A program made the translations under genes and the position numbers. A stretch of 64,000 bases of DNA, taken from positions 372,001 through 436,000 of the forward strand of contig CP060766.1 of the NCBI GenBank assembly GCA_023205875.1, in the 5' to 3' direction. Under the pieces are notes generated by a model. That model searched no databases. It was not told the origin of the DNA and worked only from the letters and a program-made list of their open reading frames with translations. This stretch comes from Chloropicon primus (taxonomy: Eukaryota). Positions 54,655 to 64,000 of the stretch are shown piece by piece. Numbering within the stretch: position 1 is the stretch's first letter; the number at the start of each line of letters is the position of its first letter.

Positions 54655-56775
54655 ATGGAGCACGATCCGGAGGCGCGTTCGAACGAGACCTCGTGGCTCA
54701 GCCGGATCCCTTCCTGCTTCAGGCGCGAGCGGAAGGAGAAGAGGTACGACAGCCTCCCGAGCATGGACGACGAGATGCACGGCACGGAGGTAGTGCAAGA
54801 CAGGTGGAAGAGCGTTCTGATTCCCCTGATGTGGCGGTACAAGAAGACCAAGCTCAGCAAGCACGCGATTCTCCAAATGGAGCTCCAGGCCATCGGCGTG
54901 GCGGGCACGGAGGAGCGCGACAAGGGCCTCATCCACCCTTCGTCGAGGACGGCCCAGGTCTGGCGGGGCATCATGGCCCTCACGGTCCTCTGCTGCTTGC
55001 TGGAAGTTCCATTCATTTGCGCCTTTACGCCCCTCGACGACGACGGGATCATCTCTCGCCCGGAGGAGTACTTTCACCTGTTCTACAGGCTGGTCGTCGA
55101 CCTCATCTTCGTCGCCGACATCTTCGTCAACTTCAAAATCGGGTACCACAAGCTCGGGGCGGTGGTGATGAACCAGGACCTCATCGAGAGGCACTACCTG
55201 AGGCACGGCTTCGTGAGGGACGTGGTCGCGGCTTTGCCGATCTTGGTGCTGCCTCTCACGGTCGTCTTCAGCATCATGTGCTCGCACGGCGCCTGCCCGC
55301 CCACTTGGGTGAGGTACTACATGCGGTGGTTCCGCCTCCTTCAGCTCGTCAAGGTTGGGGCCGCCATGGAGCAGCTGCAGCTTGTCCTGGAGGTGCTCTC
55401 CGATGCGACGAGCACCCTCCTCACCGGCGTGGTCCGACTGCTCCTGTTCTTCATCATCCTGACGCACTGGTTCACGTGCATCTGGTTCTGGGTCCAGGTC
55501 AACCCCCTCAACTTCAACGTCGAGAAGGATGGCCACGAGATGTACCAGCTGACCCTGGCGGACTCGTGGGTCGCGAACGCGTCTCCGGGGGATCCCGCGA
55601 TCTCCATTTGCGTGCAGAGCTTCATGGACGGCCATATCACGATGGCGGAGACGATCATTTTGTACATCAATTGCTACTACTGGGCCAGCAGTGCGAACGA
55701 TGCGTACACCACCCAGAACACTTCGGAGAAATTCATCGCGATCCTTGCCCAGATCCTGATAGAAAACGGGTTCATGGCTTACATCCTCGCCACCCTGATC
55801 TCGTCCATCGAGGAGCACTCGAGGTCGACGAAGAAGCACACCATCTACAGGTCCAAGATCGACGCCGTCAATGACTTCATGAAGCACGAGGGCTTCCCGG
55901 GAGGCATCATCGACAACGTCCGAGAGTACTACAAGTACGTTTGGCTGCCGCAGCAGATCGACTTTACTGAAGCGAACCTTCACGACGAGCTGCCGCACTA
56001 CTTGAGGACAGAGGTCATGTCAATCATCACCAGGAAGGTGTTGCTGACGTCCGACTTTATGACCAAGTTCTTCTCGAACAACGCGGGCGACGGAGCGATG
56101 GGGGGGTCTTCGGCTGACCCAAGGTCCAAGACCGCCTGGATCAAGCAGATCTCAGAGATGCTCGTCCCCAAGTTCTTCATCGCCCAGCAATACGTCATGA
56201 GGCAGGGGGACATTGGCACGGAGCTCTACATAGTCAAACAGGGCAAGATCGCCGTGGAGATCGACAAGGACGACGGCTCCAAGTTGGTGGTGGCGGAGCT
56301 TGGCCCAGGGAGCGTGATCGGCGACGTCGCTCTCTTGGGCCTGAACACAACCAGGACTGCGAGCATTCGCACCATCACGAATTGCATCATCTTCGAGCTG
56401 ACGCAGGAGGACATGCAAAAGGTTTGGGACAAAGATCCAACGCTTAAGGTGTACATGCTGGCGGTGGCAAAGGAGCACTTGGAAAGGAGGAAAGGGAAAC
56501 CCAAGGAAAAGGAAGACCCGCCGGGAGACGACAGGGGGGGCGGGGGCACTTCAGGCGGGGGCAGCTTTCCAAGCACCTCCGGGCAGGATTCTGCTCCCGT
56601 GAACAAATGGAAATTTGCAAGGACACAGTCTTTGAAAAGGAAAGGTTCGCCAGCGCAGCCAATTTTGAGGACGGAGAGCGAGGAGGTTCAGGCAAGGGAA
56701 ATCAAGGCCCTGGAGGATGACCACCCGAATCTCCAAAAGGTGTTAGAACCAAGCCCGCCTAAGAACTCCTCGTGA
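54655..56775 (+). CDS. 6-TM cyclic-nucleotide-binding-domain ion channel (KCNH/CNG/HCN-like)
   Basis: VDLIFVADIFVNF, YLRHGFVRDVVAALP, S4 RWFRLLQLVK, HWFTCIWF, C-linker (ELPHYLRTEV), CNBD (RQGDIGTELYIVKQG..IGDVALL..RTASIR). Confidence 0.9.
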   Translation: MEHDPEARSNETSWLSRIPSCFRRERKEKRYDSLPSMDDEMHGTEVVQDRWKSVLIPLMWRYKKTKLSKHAILQMELQAIGVAGTEERDKGLIHPSSRTAQVWRGIMALTVLCCLLEVPFICAFTPLDDDGIISRPEEYFHLFYRLVVDLIFVADIFVNFKIGYHKLGAVVMNQDLIERHYLRHGFVRDVVAALPILVLPLTVVFSIMCSHGACPPTWVRYYMRWFRLLQLVKVGAAMEQLQLVLEVLSDATSTLLTGVVRLLLFFIILTHWFTCIWFWVQVNPLNFNVEKDGHEMYQLTLADSWVANASPGDPAISICVQSFMDGHITMAETIILYINCYYWASSANDAYTTQNTSEKFIAILAQILIENGFMAYILATLISSIEEHSRSTKKHTIYRSKIDAVNDFMKHEGFPGGIIDNVREYYKYVWLPQQIDFTEANLHDELPHYLRTEVMSIITRKVLLTSDFMTKFFSNNAGDGAMGGSSADPRSKTAWIKQISEMLVPKFFIAQQYVMRQGDIGTELYIVKQGKIAVEIDKDDGSKLVVAELGPGSVIGDVALLGLNTTRTASIRTITNCIIFELTQEDMQKVWDKDPTLKVYMLAVAKEHLERRKGKPKEKEDPPGDDRGGGGTSGGGSFPSTSGQDSAPVNKWKFARTQSLKRKGSPAQPILRTESEEVQAREIKALEDDHPNLQKVLEPSPPKNSS

Positions 56776-56883
56776 ACTTTTTGTGATGTATATATATATA
56801 TGAATGTGTATAAATAGAATAGGCTTGGGTTGTCGTGCCCCCCGCCCCCCCCCCCGACAAAAACACTTGTGTTCGTGTTATAC

Positions 56884-58332
56884 TCAATTGGAGAGGACGT
56901 TCATAAGGTGCTTGGTCACGGACAGGGACTGCTCGTCCGCTGGCCTCGCCTGGATGTAGTTGTGAGGAATTTTGTTCGCGCCGATGTCCAGCTTCACATC
57001 CACTCTCTTCCAGCTCAGCTTCTGCAAGCTTTCGATCATGATGTCCTGGAGTCTTGTGTGGCTCGTGATGTCGATGGTCACCTTGCGCTTCAGCTTGTTC
57101 TCCCGTTGGCTCTGGCTCTTGGAGTTGGTCTCCTCCACGATGCCCTTCTTGTTGACCCCCAGCAGGTGGGCGGGCATCTCCGACACCTTCCTGATCGAAG
57201 CGTTGGGCCAGCTCACCATGTGGTCCCCCTGCACGTTGGAGTAAAGCGTGCGGGACTTGAAAGCCGCCAAGGCCTTCCCGAACGGAATAAGCTTCTTCCT
57301 CCTCTCCATCGTGGTGCTGTCAGCCGGGAAGTACTTGTTGTAGTGGTAGTCGATGATCTCCTCGCTCAAGCCGTTCACTGCCAGCTGAAACACCACCGGG
57401 AGGCCGTCCATGTTGGGGTCCATGGCGTCTTTCATGAAGAGCTGCCGCCCCGTCCTCCTGTACAGGAGCGCCGCGCCGGGGGCGGCCGCGACGTTGGTGA
57501 TCAAGCCGATCCCCGCGCCAATGATCGGAATTCCAGTCAAGTACCGCAGAAACGGGACCTCGTTCTCGCTGGAGCTGGAAGCGTCGCAGCCCAGGTGGGG
57601 CGAGACGATGGTGGCAAAGTGCCTGGGCCTCAAGCCGTACATGGTCCCCGTCTCCTGGCAGTACAGCACGCCCAAGGCATACCTCGAGATGAGCCCCCCG
57701 AGCGAATGCCCCACCACGGACAACGTCTTCAGGCTCGGCTGCTCCCTCACGATGTCCTTGATCTCCTCGGCCAGCCGACCGCCGCAGGTATCGATGCCAT
57801 CGAACGTCTTCAAGAAGCTGTTCGCCTGGCTCACGTGGACCAGCATCCCGTCCCTCGGGGCGCCGATGCCCCCGACCGCCCCTCCACCCCCGCCCTTCGA
57901 CGTGAAGAACTTCTGGAACTCCAACCTGATCGCCGTCCAGTCGAAAGGCGTCCCTCCGAGGCCATGCACCAGGACGCACAGGTGCGTGGGCCCGTCCCCG
58001 TCGACGCCCTCGGGCTCCACACCCCTCACCTCCTTTGCCGGAAACTGCGTCACCCTCCGCTTCGCCTTCCTGCCTCTTCTTCTAGATCCCTTCTCCACTC
58101 CTCCTGCCGCGATGGACGTCGTTGTCATCAGCCCCTGAAGCGTTTCGAACAAGTTACTCGTCCCTTTCTTGATGGTTTCCAGCGGACCTCCCGCCGTCTC
58201 TTGCCTCGCGGGACAAGTGTTTGCCCTCCGCACCACGCGGCGACCGACCACGCTCTCCCACCTCGGAGACTCTCTGCTTCTGCTCTCTCCAACCTCTTTG
58301 CCCTCCTGCGTCCTGCGTCCTGCTCCAGCCAT
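56884..58332 (-). CDS. DUF676 putative lipase (alpha/beta hydrolase)
   Basis: HLCVLVHGLGG, TFDGIDTCGGRLA, VGHSLGGLISRY, SPHLG, RTLYSN..DHMV. The start codon is uncertain. Confidence 0.88.
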   Translation of the reverse strand: MAGAGRRTQEGKEVGESRSRESPRWESVVGRRVVRRANTCPARQETAGGPLETIKKGTSNLFETLQGLMTTTSIAAGGVEKGSRRRGRKAKRRVTQFPAKEVRGVEPEGVDGDGPTHLCVLVHGLGGTPFDWTAIRLEFQKFFTSKGGGGGAVGGIGAPRDGMLVHVSQANSFLKTFDGIDTCGGRLAEEIKDIVREQPSLKTLSVVGHSLGGLISRYALGVLYCQETGTMYGLRPRHFATIVSPHLGCDASSSSENEVPFLRYLTGIPIIGAGIGLITNVAAAPGAALLYRRTGRQLFMKDAMDPNMDGLPVVFQLAVNGLSEEIIDYHYNKYFPADSTTMERRKKLIPFGKALAAFKSRTLYSNVQGDHMVSWPNASIRKVSEMPAHLLGVNKKGIVEETNSKSQSQRENKLKRKVTIDITSHTRLQDIMIESLQKLSWKRVDVKLDIGANKIPHNYIQARPADEQSLSVTKHLMNVLSN

Positions 58333-59114
58333 CCTCGCTCTCGCTCTCGCTCTCGACAAAGCAGAAGACGAAGACGAAGACGCTCGGCGAAGGCAAGAAG
58401 CGACGGAAGCAAAGGGGTCAGACCTCAGCGCGACCTCGAAGCGCCCCGTCGTCGTCGTCGTCGTCCTCAGTGCGATGATGATGCTCGTCGTCGATGCGAT
58501 GCGCTTCTCCTCGCCTCGCCCGAGAGATGGCACGTGGAGGATCAGCATCGGGCGATCGAACTGAGAGGTGATGGTGATGGATGGAGGAGGGGAGAGAAGG
58601 TGGGAGGAGGAGGAGGGAAGGGGCGGGGATGGTGGAAGTTTGACCTTGGAGGACACTGAAGACGCTGTCTCTTACCTCCTCCTCTTTCCAAAGAGCCATC
58701 ACTTGTTGCAACAAGGAGGTGAGGGGTGACAATCGAAGAGAGAGCACTATTGAGAGCACCAATGCGGACCTAAACAACAGAGTAAGACAAAGAGACAATG
58801 AGAGAGAGAGAGAGAGAGAAAGAAAGAGAGAAAGAAAGAAAGAGAGTGGTCATGCGATGCGAAGAGCAAGATCCTTTCTCGACCAAGGTTCTTCTCTCTT
58901 TCGTTTTCGTTTTCGTTTTCGTTCACCTCCTTGAAATTTCACCTCCTTGAAATTTCACCTTTCCTTTCCGTTGGTTTCAAAAATCTTTGACAATTAACCA
59001 GCAGACTAAAGTCCACCTTTGCAGTGGGCAAGCCAAGGGACAACCACATCACCAGGGACAACACAACAACCCCGCAAGCTTGCAACTTGACCACTGCATC
59101 CCATTGTCAACCCC

Positions 59115-59370
59115 GCTTGCTTGCTTCCTGGCTTCACACATACATACATACACACACACACTCTCTCCTCTTGCTTTTGGTGTCCCTGACACGGTTTCAG
59201 GGAGAGTTTTTGTGTTGTGTGGCAAGAGTCAAGTCATACGGGGTGAGAACAACCGAGGACGGCAGTCACAAGCAAGGATCATTGCCACATAAAGCTTGGC
59301 TTGTTTCCTGGCTTCACACACACACACGCTCTCCTCTTGCTTTGGTGCCCTTTGACACGGTTTCAGCCTT
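59115..59370. repeat. Two diverged ~180-bp-spaced units upstream of CDKL5
   Basis: TTCCTGGCTTCACACA..CTCTCCTCTTGCTTT.GGTG.CC..TGACACGGTTTCAG at about 59125 and 59305. Confidence 0.75.
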
Positions 59371-59806
59371 TGGAGATATTGTTTGAGTCCATTGGATATA
59401 CATTTTGAGAGAGCCCAACTCGTTGGGACTCCAAGGCGTTCCACGGGGCACACTATCCAGGAAGAGGGCCGACAGGTTGGCCGAAGGCTTGCTTGTATCG
59501 TTGGACACCACCCCTTGGAAAGGTTAGACCACCCGTTTAGAGGTTTGTGTAGTTGTGAGCCAGCAGGACTCAAACAGGTCAGCAGGCTTGGGTTTGGTCG
59601 TCTGCTGTTCCAGGCCGAAGCAGGACTTTGCATTGCTGCGTGTTGAGACGCTTGTGAACACCATGTGTGCCTGAAGGGAGTGGACCAGAGAGACGAGAAG
59701 CCTGGAGGAGATATATTTGAGAAGCAGAGCCAAAGGGAGGAGGTGTGAGGTGTGTGCAAGGCTGAGAGGTTTGTGTGTGTGCGTCAAGTGAGGGGTCTTG
59801 GCAAGG

Positions 59807-61579
59807 ATGAACAAGTACGAGATCATGGGAGTCGTTGGCGAGGGCGCCTACGGCGTGGTGCTCAAGTGCAGGAACAAGGAAACGCAGGAGATCGTTGCGA
59901 TAAAGAAGTTCAAGGAAGGGGATGACGACGAGAGCGTGAGGAAGACGACCCTGCGGGAGGTCAAGATGCTTCGGAACTTGAGGCAGGAGAACATCGTTTT
60001 CCTGAAGGAAGCCTTCAGGCGGAAGACCAAGCTGTTCTTAGTCTTCGAGTACATGGAAAAGAATCTTCTCGAGGTGCTGGAAGACAACCCGAGGGGCTTG
60101 CACCCTGAGCAAGTCAGGGGCTACATCTACCAGCTCGTCAAGGCGGTTCACTTTTGCCACCAGAACTCGGTGGTCCACCGAGACATCAAGCCGGAGAACT
60201 TGCTGGTGAATCCAGCGAGTACGAAGAACAGAAAGAAGACGGGGCAGCTCAAGCTCTGTGACTTTGGCTTTGCCAGGACGATGGCTTCCAAGGACCTGAC
60301 CGACTACGTGTCCACCCGCTGGTACAGGGCGCCGGAGCTCCTGATAGGGTCAACCAGCTACGGCAAGGGCGTGGACCAGTGGGCGATTGGGTGCATCATG
60401 GGCGAGCTTATCGACGGGCAGCCGCTCTTTCCGGGAGAGAGCGACATCGATCAGCTGTACATCATACAGAAGGTGATCGGTTGCATCACGCGCGAGCAGC
60501 AGAAGGACTTTGCCATGAACCCAAGGTACTCGGGGCTCAAGTTTCCGGAGATAAGCAACCCCCAAGGCCTCAGGAAACGTTACGGGAACAAGATTGACGA
60601 GGACAGCTTGGACTTCATGACCAAGCTGTTGAAGATGAACCCGGACGAGAGGCTGACGGGGGAGCAGTGCTTGCAGCACCCTTACTTTTCCAAGATGATT
60701 CCAGTGGACAGGGGGATGGCCTTGCAGGCCAAGACAGAGAACGTTCTGCAGGCGCCAAAGGCACCCCAAGCGGTCAAGGCGATGGCCGCAGGCGGAGGGT
60801 GCCAGGCCAGCAAGAAGGACGTGGGAGGCGGCGCCCACAGCAGCGAGAACCTCAAGGAGGAGATCATCTCGAGCAGGATCAAGTCCAAGGGCTTGCCCCA
60901 TCACTACTCGAAGAAGCCTCTGAAGAAGTCGATGCTGAGCACGGAGAAACAAAACATAGGAATGTACACTACTAGAAGGCACAAGCACGGGTACGACAAG
61001 CCCAAGCTGAAAGAGTACAGCATGTACCAGCTGAAGGACTTGAATGGGGACGACAGCCTGAGCCACCTCAGGAGCAACCAGCACTCGTCCCACATCCCGA
61101 GCGGGTTTGCCGGAGCGAAGAAGCTGCACACCGGGTTAAGCCACGGCACGCACGCCAGGAAGTCTCCCATCCCGCCGCTGGCCCTGCACAACCAGAACAC
61201 GAATGCTGGGGGCTCGAGGAGCTCCCTGGGGATGTACGCCTCGACATCCATGCACAACGCCACGATGCACGGAGGAGCCAACACAAGCACCAACTTTGGG
61301 GGTGTGGAGACGGCTCACTTGAATCCGAACTCCATCGCCATCAGCAAGCAGCTTAGGGGCAACAGGGAGAAGGACTACTTCATGTTCAACGAGGGCTCAA
61401 GCATGTTCCACACGACGAGTTACGGCATCAAGAACAAGTACGGCTCGGGGCACGACACGTACCACATGCCCAGCATGCCCACCTTGGACACCAAAAGGTC
61501 CTCGCAGTCGTCCCAATCGAGCTCCAAGTCCTTCCACCACCAGGTGAAGGACCCTTTCTTGGAGATCAGGCCGAGGTGA
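59807..61579 (+). CDS. CDKL5: CDK-like kinase CDKL5 / long-flagella LF5
   Basis: [63 protein letters not shown]. Confidence 0.9.
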   Translation: MNKYEIMGVVGEGAYGVVLKCRNKETQEIVAIKKFKEGDDDESVRKTTLREVKMLRNLRQENIVFLKEAFRRKTKLFLVFEYMEKNLLEVLEDNPRGLHPEQVRGYIYQLVKAVHFCHQNSVVHRDIKPENLLVNPASTKNRKKTGQLKLCDFGFARTMASKDLTDYVSTRWYRAPELLIGSTSYGKGVDQWAIGCIMGELIDGQPLFPGESDIDQLYIIQKVIGCITREQQKDFAMNPRYSGLKFPEISNPQGLRKRYGNKIDEDSLDFMTKLLKMNPDERLTGEQCLQHPYFSKMIPVDRGMALQAKTENVLQAPKAPQAVKAMAAGGGCQASKKDVGGGAHSSENLKEEIISSRIKSKGLPHHYSKKPLKKSMLSTEKQNIGMYTTRRHKHGYDKPKLKEYSMYQLKDLNGDDSLSHLRSNQHSSHIPSGFAGAKKLHTGLSHGTHARKSPIPPLALHNQNTNAGGSRSSLGMYASTSMHNATMHGGANTSTNFGGVETAHLNPNSIAISKQLRGNREKDYFMFNEGSSMFHTTSYGIKNKYGSGHDTYHMPSMPTLDTKRSSQSSQSSSKSFHHQVKDPFLEIRPR

Positions 61580-61787
61580 ACGCCGCGCGCGTTACCCCCT
61601 CCCCGCCGCCCCCCCCCCCGGACGATGATAGCGCTTTTTCTAATTCGAATTCGAAAGTATATTGAAACAAAGTTATATTTGAAGCTCTTTCCTCCCCCCT
61701 CCCAAACACCACGCCAGCAAGAGAGATCTTCTCTATCTTGGGAACAGGGGAGGAAACGAAACGAATGATGTTGGTTCCCCTCACACG

Positions 61788-63551
61788 TCACATCGACCAT
61801 CGCACTCCGTACTTGGAAGCCAGGTAGTGGGCGCCAACCGGGCCTCGACTGCCGTAAGGGTAAAGCTCCGGCGGCAGCTCCCCGTTGTCGATCTTGTGGA
61901 GGGCCGGCGTAAAGATCTCCCAAGCGGCCTTGAGCTCGTCACTCCTAATAAAGAGCCGCTTGTCCCCGTTCACGGCGTCAAGAATGAGCCTCTCGTAGGC
62001 GTCCGGGAACTCGAACTCCTTGTACCCCTCGGAGTACTGCAAGTTGAGCTTGGTCCTGTTGAGGTCCATTCCCAGGCCCGGAACCTTGTTGCTGATCTTG
62101 AGGGTGATGGCCTCCTCGGGCTGAATGCGGATCACGAGCTCGTTGTTCCCCAGGGATTTGTCCCCGTACAGCGCGCCCGGGATGCTCTTGAACTGCATCC
62201 TGATCTCCGCCTCCCTCTTGTCCAGGGCCTTGCCGGCCTTCATGAGGAAGGGGACGCCCTCCCACCTCGGGTTGTCGATGAAGAGGGCCGCGGCGGCGTA
62301 CGTCGGGACGATGGAGCCCTCCGGCACCGTGTCGTCGTCCAAGTAGCCCGGGTACTCGGCACTGCTCGTCGTCCTGCTGGTGTACTGCCCCACCACCACG
62401 TCGTCCAAGTCGAGCGTCCTCATGGACCTCAGGACCTTGACCTTCTCGTTCCTGATGTCCTCAGCGTCCAAACTCACCGGCGGCTCCATGGCGAAGAGCG
62501 CCAGAACCTGGAGCAGGTGGTTCTGCATGATGTCCCTGATGATGCCGTACTGGTCGAAGTAGCCCCCCCTTCCCTCCGTCCCGAAATTCTCGCTGAAGAT
62601 GATCTGAACGTTCTCCACGTACTGCCTGTTCCACAGGGGCTCGAAGACCAAGTTGGCGAAGCGCAGGACGATGAGGTTCTCCACCAGCTCCTTCCCCAGG
62701 TAGTGGTCGATCCTGTACACCTGCTCCTCGGTCAGGTGCTTGGCCAGCCCCTCGTTCAGGGCCGCGGAGGTCTCCGAGTCCCGGCCGAAAGGCTTCTCCA
62801 CGATCACCCTCGTCCAGCCCTTGGCCGCGGACGCCTTCTTCGAGGTGCACTCCGCAGCCGGAAGGAACACACTCGGTGGGATTGACATGTAGAAGATCCG
62901 GTTGGCGTCCGCGTTCCAATCCGCGGGACAATCCATCAAGTACCTCTCCTCCTGAACCAAGAGTTTTTGGTTCAACCTCTCGAACCCTTCCTCACTGTCG
63001 TATCCACCCTGGCAGTAGAAACACTTTTGCAGGAACTCTTCCATCTTTCCAGCGCAGCTCTCTCTCTCATCCACACGGCACGTCAGCCTCGCTTCCAGAG
63101 AGCTGCGGAACTCCTCGTCACTCAACTCGGAACGCGCGTATCCCATGATCACGAAGTTGTCTGTCGGAAGCTGGTTCTGGTAATACAATGCAAACAAGGC
63201 CGGGATGACTTTCCTCTTGGCTAAGTCTCCGCTCGCTCCAAGAACAACGAAAGACAAGAAATCCTTGTTGTCATCCTTCACTCGGGAAGCGTTACCGGAC
63301 GTTACGGTCGCCGCACCTGTCTCCTTCCTCACGATACGGGGCATCCTCTCCGTCGCAGCACGACAACCTACCACGGAGGAGGAAGAGGATGAGGTTCGTG
63401 TTTGGAATGGGAATGAGAATGAGGATGAGGATGAGGAAGAGACTCTTCCTCTTGTGAGGTAGCGAAGATGTCGATGTCTCACAGGTCTTCTTCTTCCGAC
63501 GGTACGGGGAGGCGACGTGGTCTCCGTCCTCATGATCGCGGTCGATCGCAT
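61788..63551 (-). CDS. G6PD: Plastid glucose-6-phosphate dehydrogenase
   Basis: Transit peptide, [10 protein letters not shown], redox Cys pair [38 protein letters not shown]. Confidence 0.96.
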   Translation of the reverse strand: MRSTAIMRTETTSPPRTVGRRRPVRHRHLRYLTRGRVSSSSSSSFSFPFQTRTSSSSSSVVGCRAATERMPRIVRKETGAATVTSGNASRVKDDNKDFLSFVVLGASGDLAKRKVIPALFALYYQNQLPTDNFVIMGYARSELSDEEFRSSLEARLTCRVDERESCAGKMEEFLQKCFYCQGGYDSEEGFERLNQKLLVQEERYLMDCPADWNADANRIFYMSIPPSVFLPAAECTSKKASAAKGWTRVIVEKPFGRDSETSAALNEGLAKHLTEEQVYRIDHYLGKELVENLIVLRFANLVFEPLWNRQYVENVQIIFSENFGTEGRGGYFDQYGIIRDIMQNHLLQVLALFAMEPPVSLDAEDIRNEKVKVLRSMRTLDLDDVVVGQYTSRTTSSAEYPGYLDDDTVPEGSIVPTYAAAALFIDNPRWEGVPFLMKAGKALDKREAEIRMQFKSIPGALYGDKSLGNNELVIRIQPEEAITLKISNKVPGLGMDLNRTKLNLQYSEGYKEFEFPDAYERLILDAVNGDKRLFIRSDELKAAWEIFTPALHKIDNGELPPELYPYGSRGPVGAHYLASKYGVRWSM

Positions 63552-64000
63552 CGCTGCCCTGTTGAAGAAGGCGCGTTCCCCTTCGAGCGCATCGATTGGG
63601 ACGTCCTCCCTTTATTGGAACATTTCAGAGTAATGCAACGTGGAGTTTTCAACATTCGTACAAGTATACTCGCACAAGATCGCACAAGATCGACGTTAGA
63701 TAAACTGAAATATTCTTTTTGGACAAAATATTCGTTACTTGAACGGAGAAAATCTTGGACACTCCTCACGCGTCTTTACACTCGTCTGTTGAGTTAAGGA
63801 AAAAAGGGAAAAAGCGGAAGGCGAGCTGTTCGTTTGGGAACGGGCCGAGTTTATCCTTGCTCTGGTGGGAACGTCGGCGCGTCAGTGGAGTGTTAAGGAG
63901 GATATAACGAATCTAAGTCTCGAGAGCTTTCGTTTGACACCTCGATTGTCCGATTTGGTGCCGAATTGCCTCGCGAAGAGCATCCCATCCATCCATCCTG

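Overview
Gene-dense, GC-rich nuclear DNA of a eukaryote. It shows short GT-AG introns, TGTAA poly(A)-like signals, nuclear sufB/ZEP/THI4/plastid G6PDH with transit peptides and (GA)n/(CA)n microsatellites, which points to a compact picoplanktonic green alga (Chloropicon-like; this assignment is inference). About 32 protein-coding genes can be modelled, and several need splicing that the ORF track misses (e.g. a 3-exon thioredoxin-type dynein light chain LC3). No rRNA, tRNA, CRISPR or transposase was seen. The main non-gene signals are four. (1) A ~65-bp dispersed element with a GCTCTTTCGAAAGAGC palindromic core lies just 5' of many genes, points in their direction of transcription, and forms ~180-190-bp tandem units. 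(2) An intronless oxidoreductase gene is bracketed by an exact 158-bp direct repeat. (3) An F-box-like protein carries nine 29-aa ankyrin-like repeats with hypervariable positions. (4) CpG-depleted 5' regions precede flagellar genes (DRC7, CDKL5/LF5). Also notable are an F-group-like His/Cys bZIP and a CNBD channel without a GYG filter.
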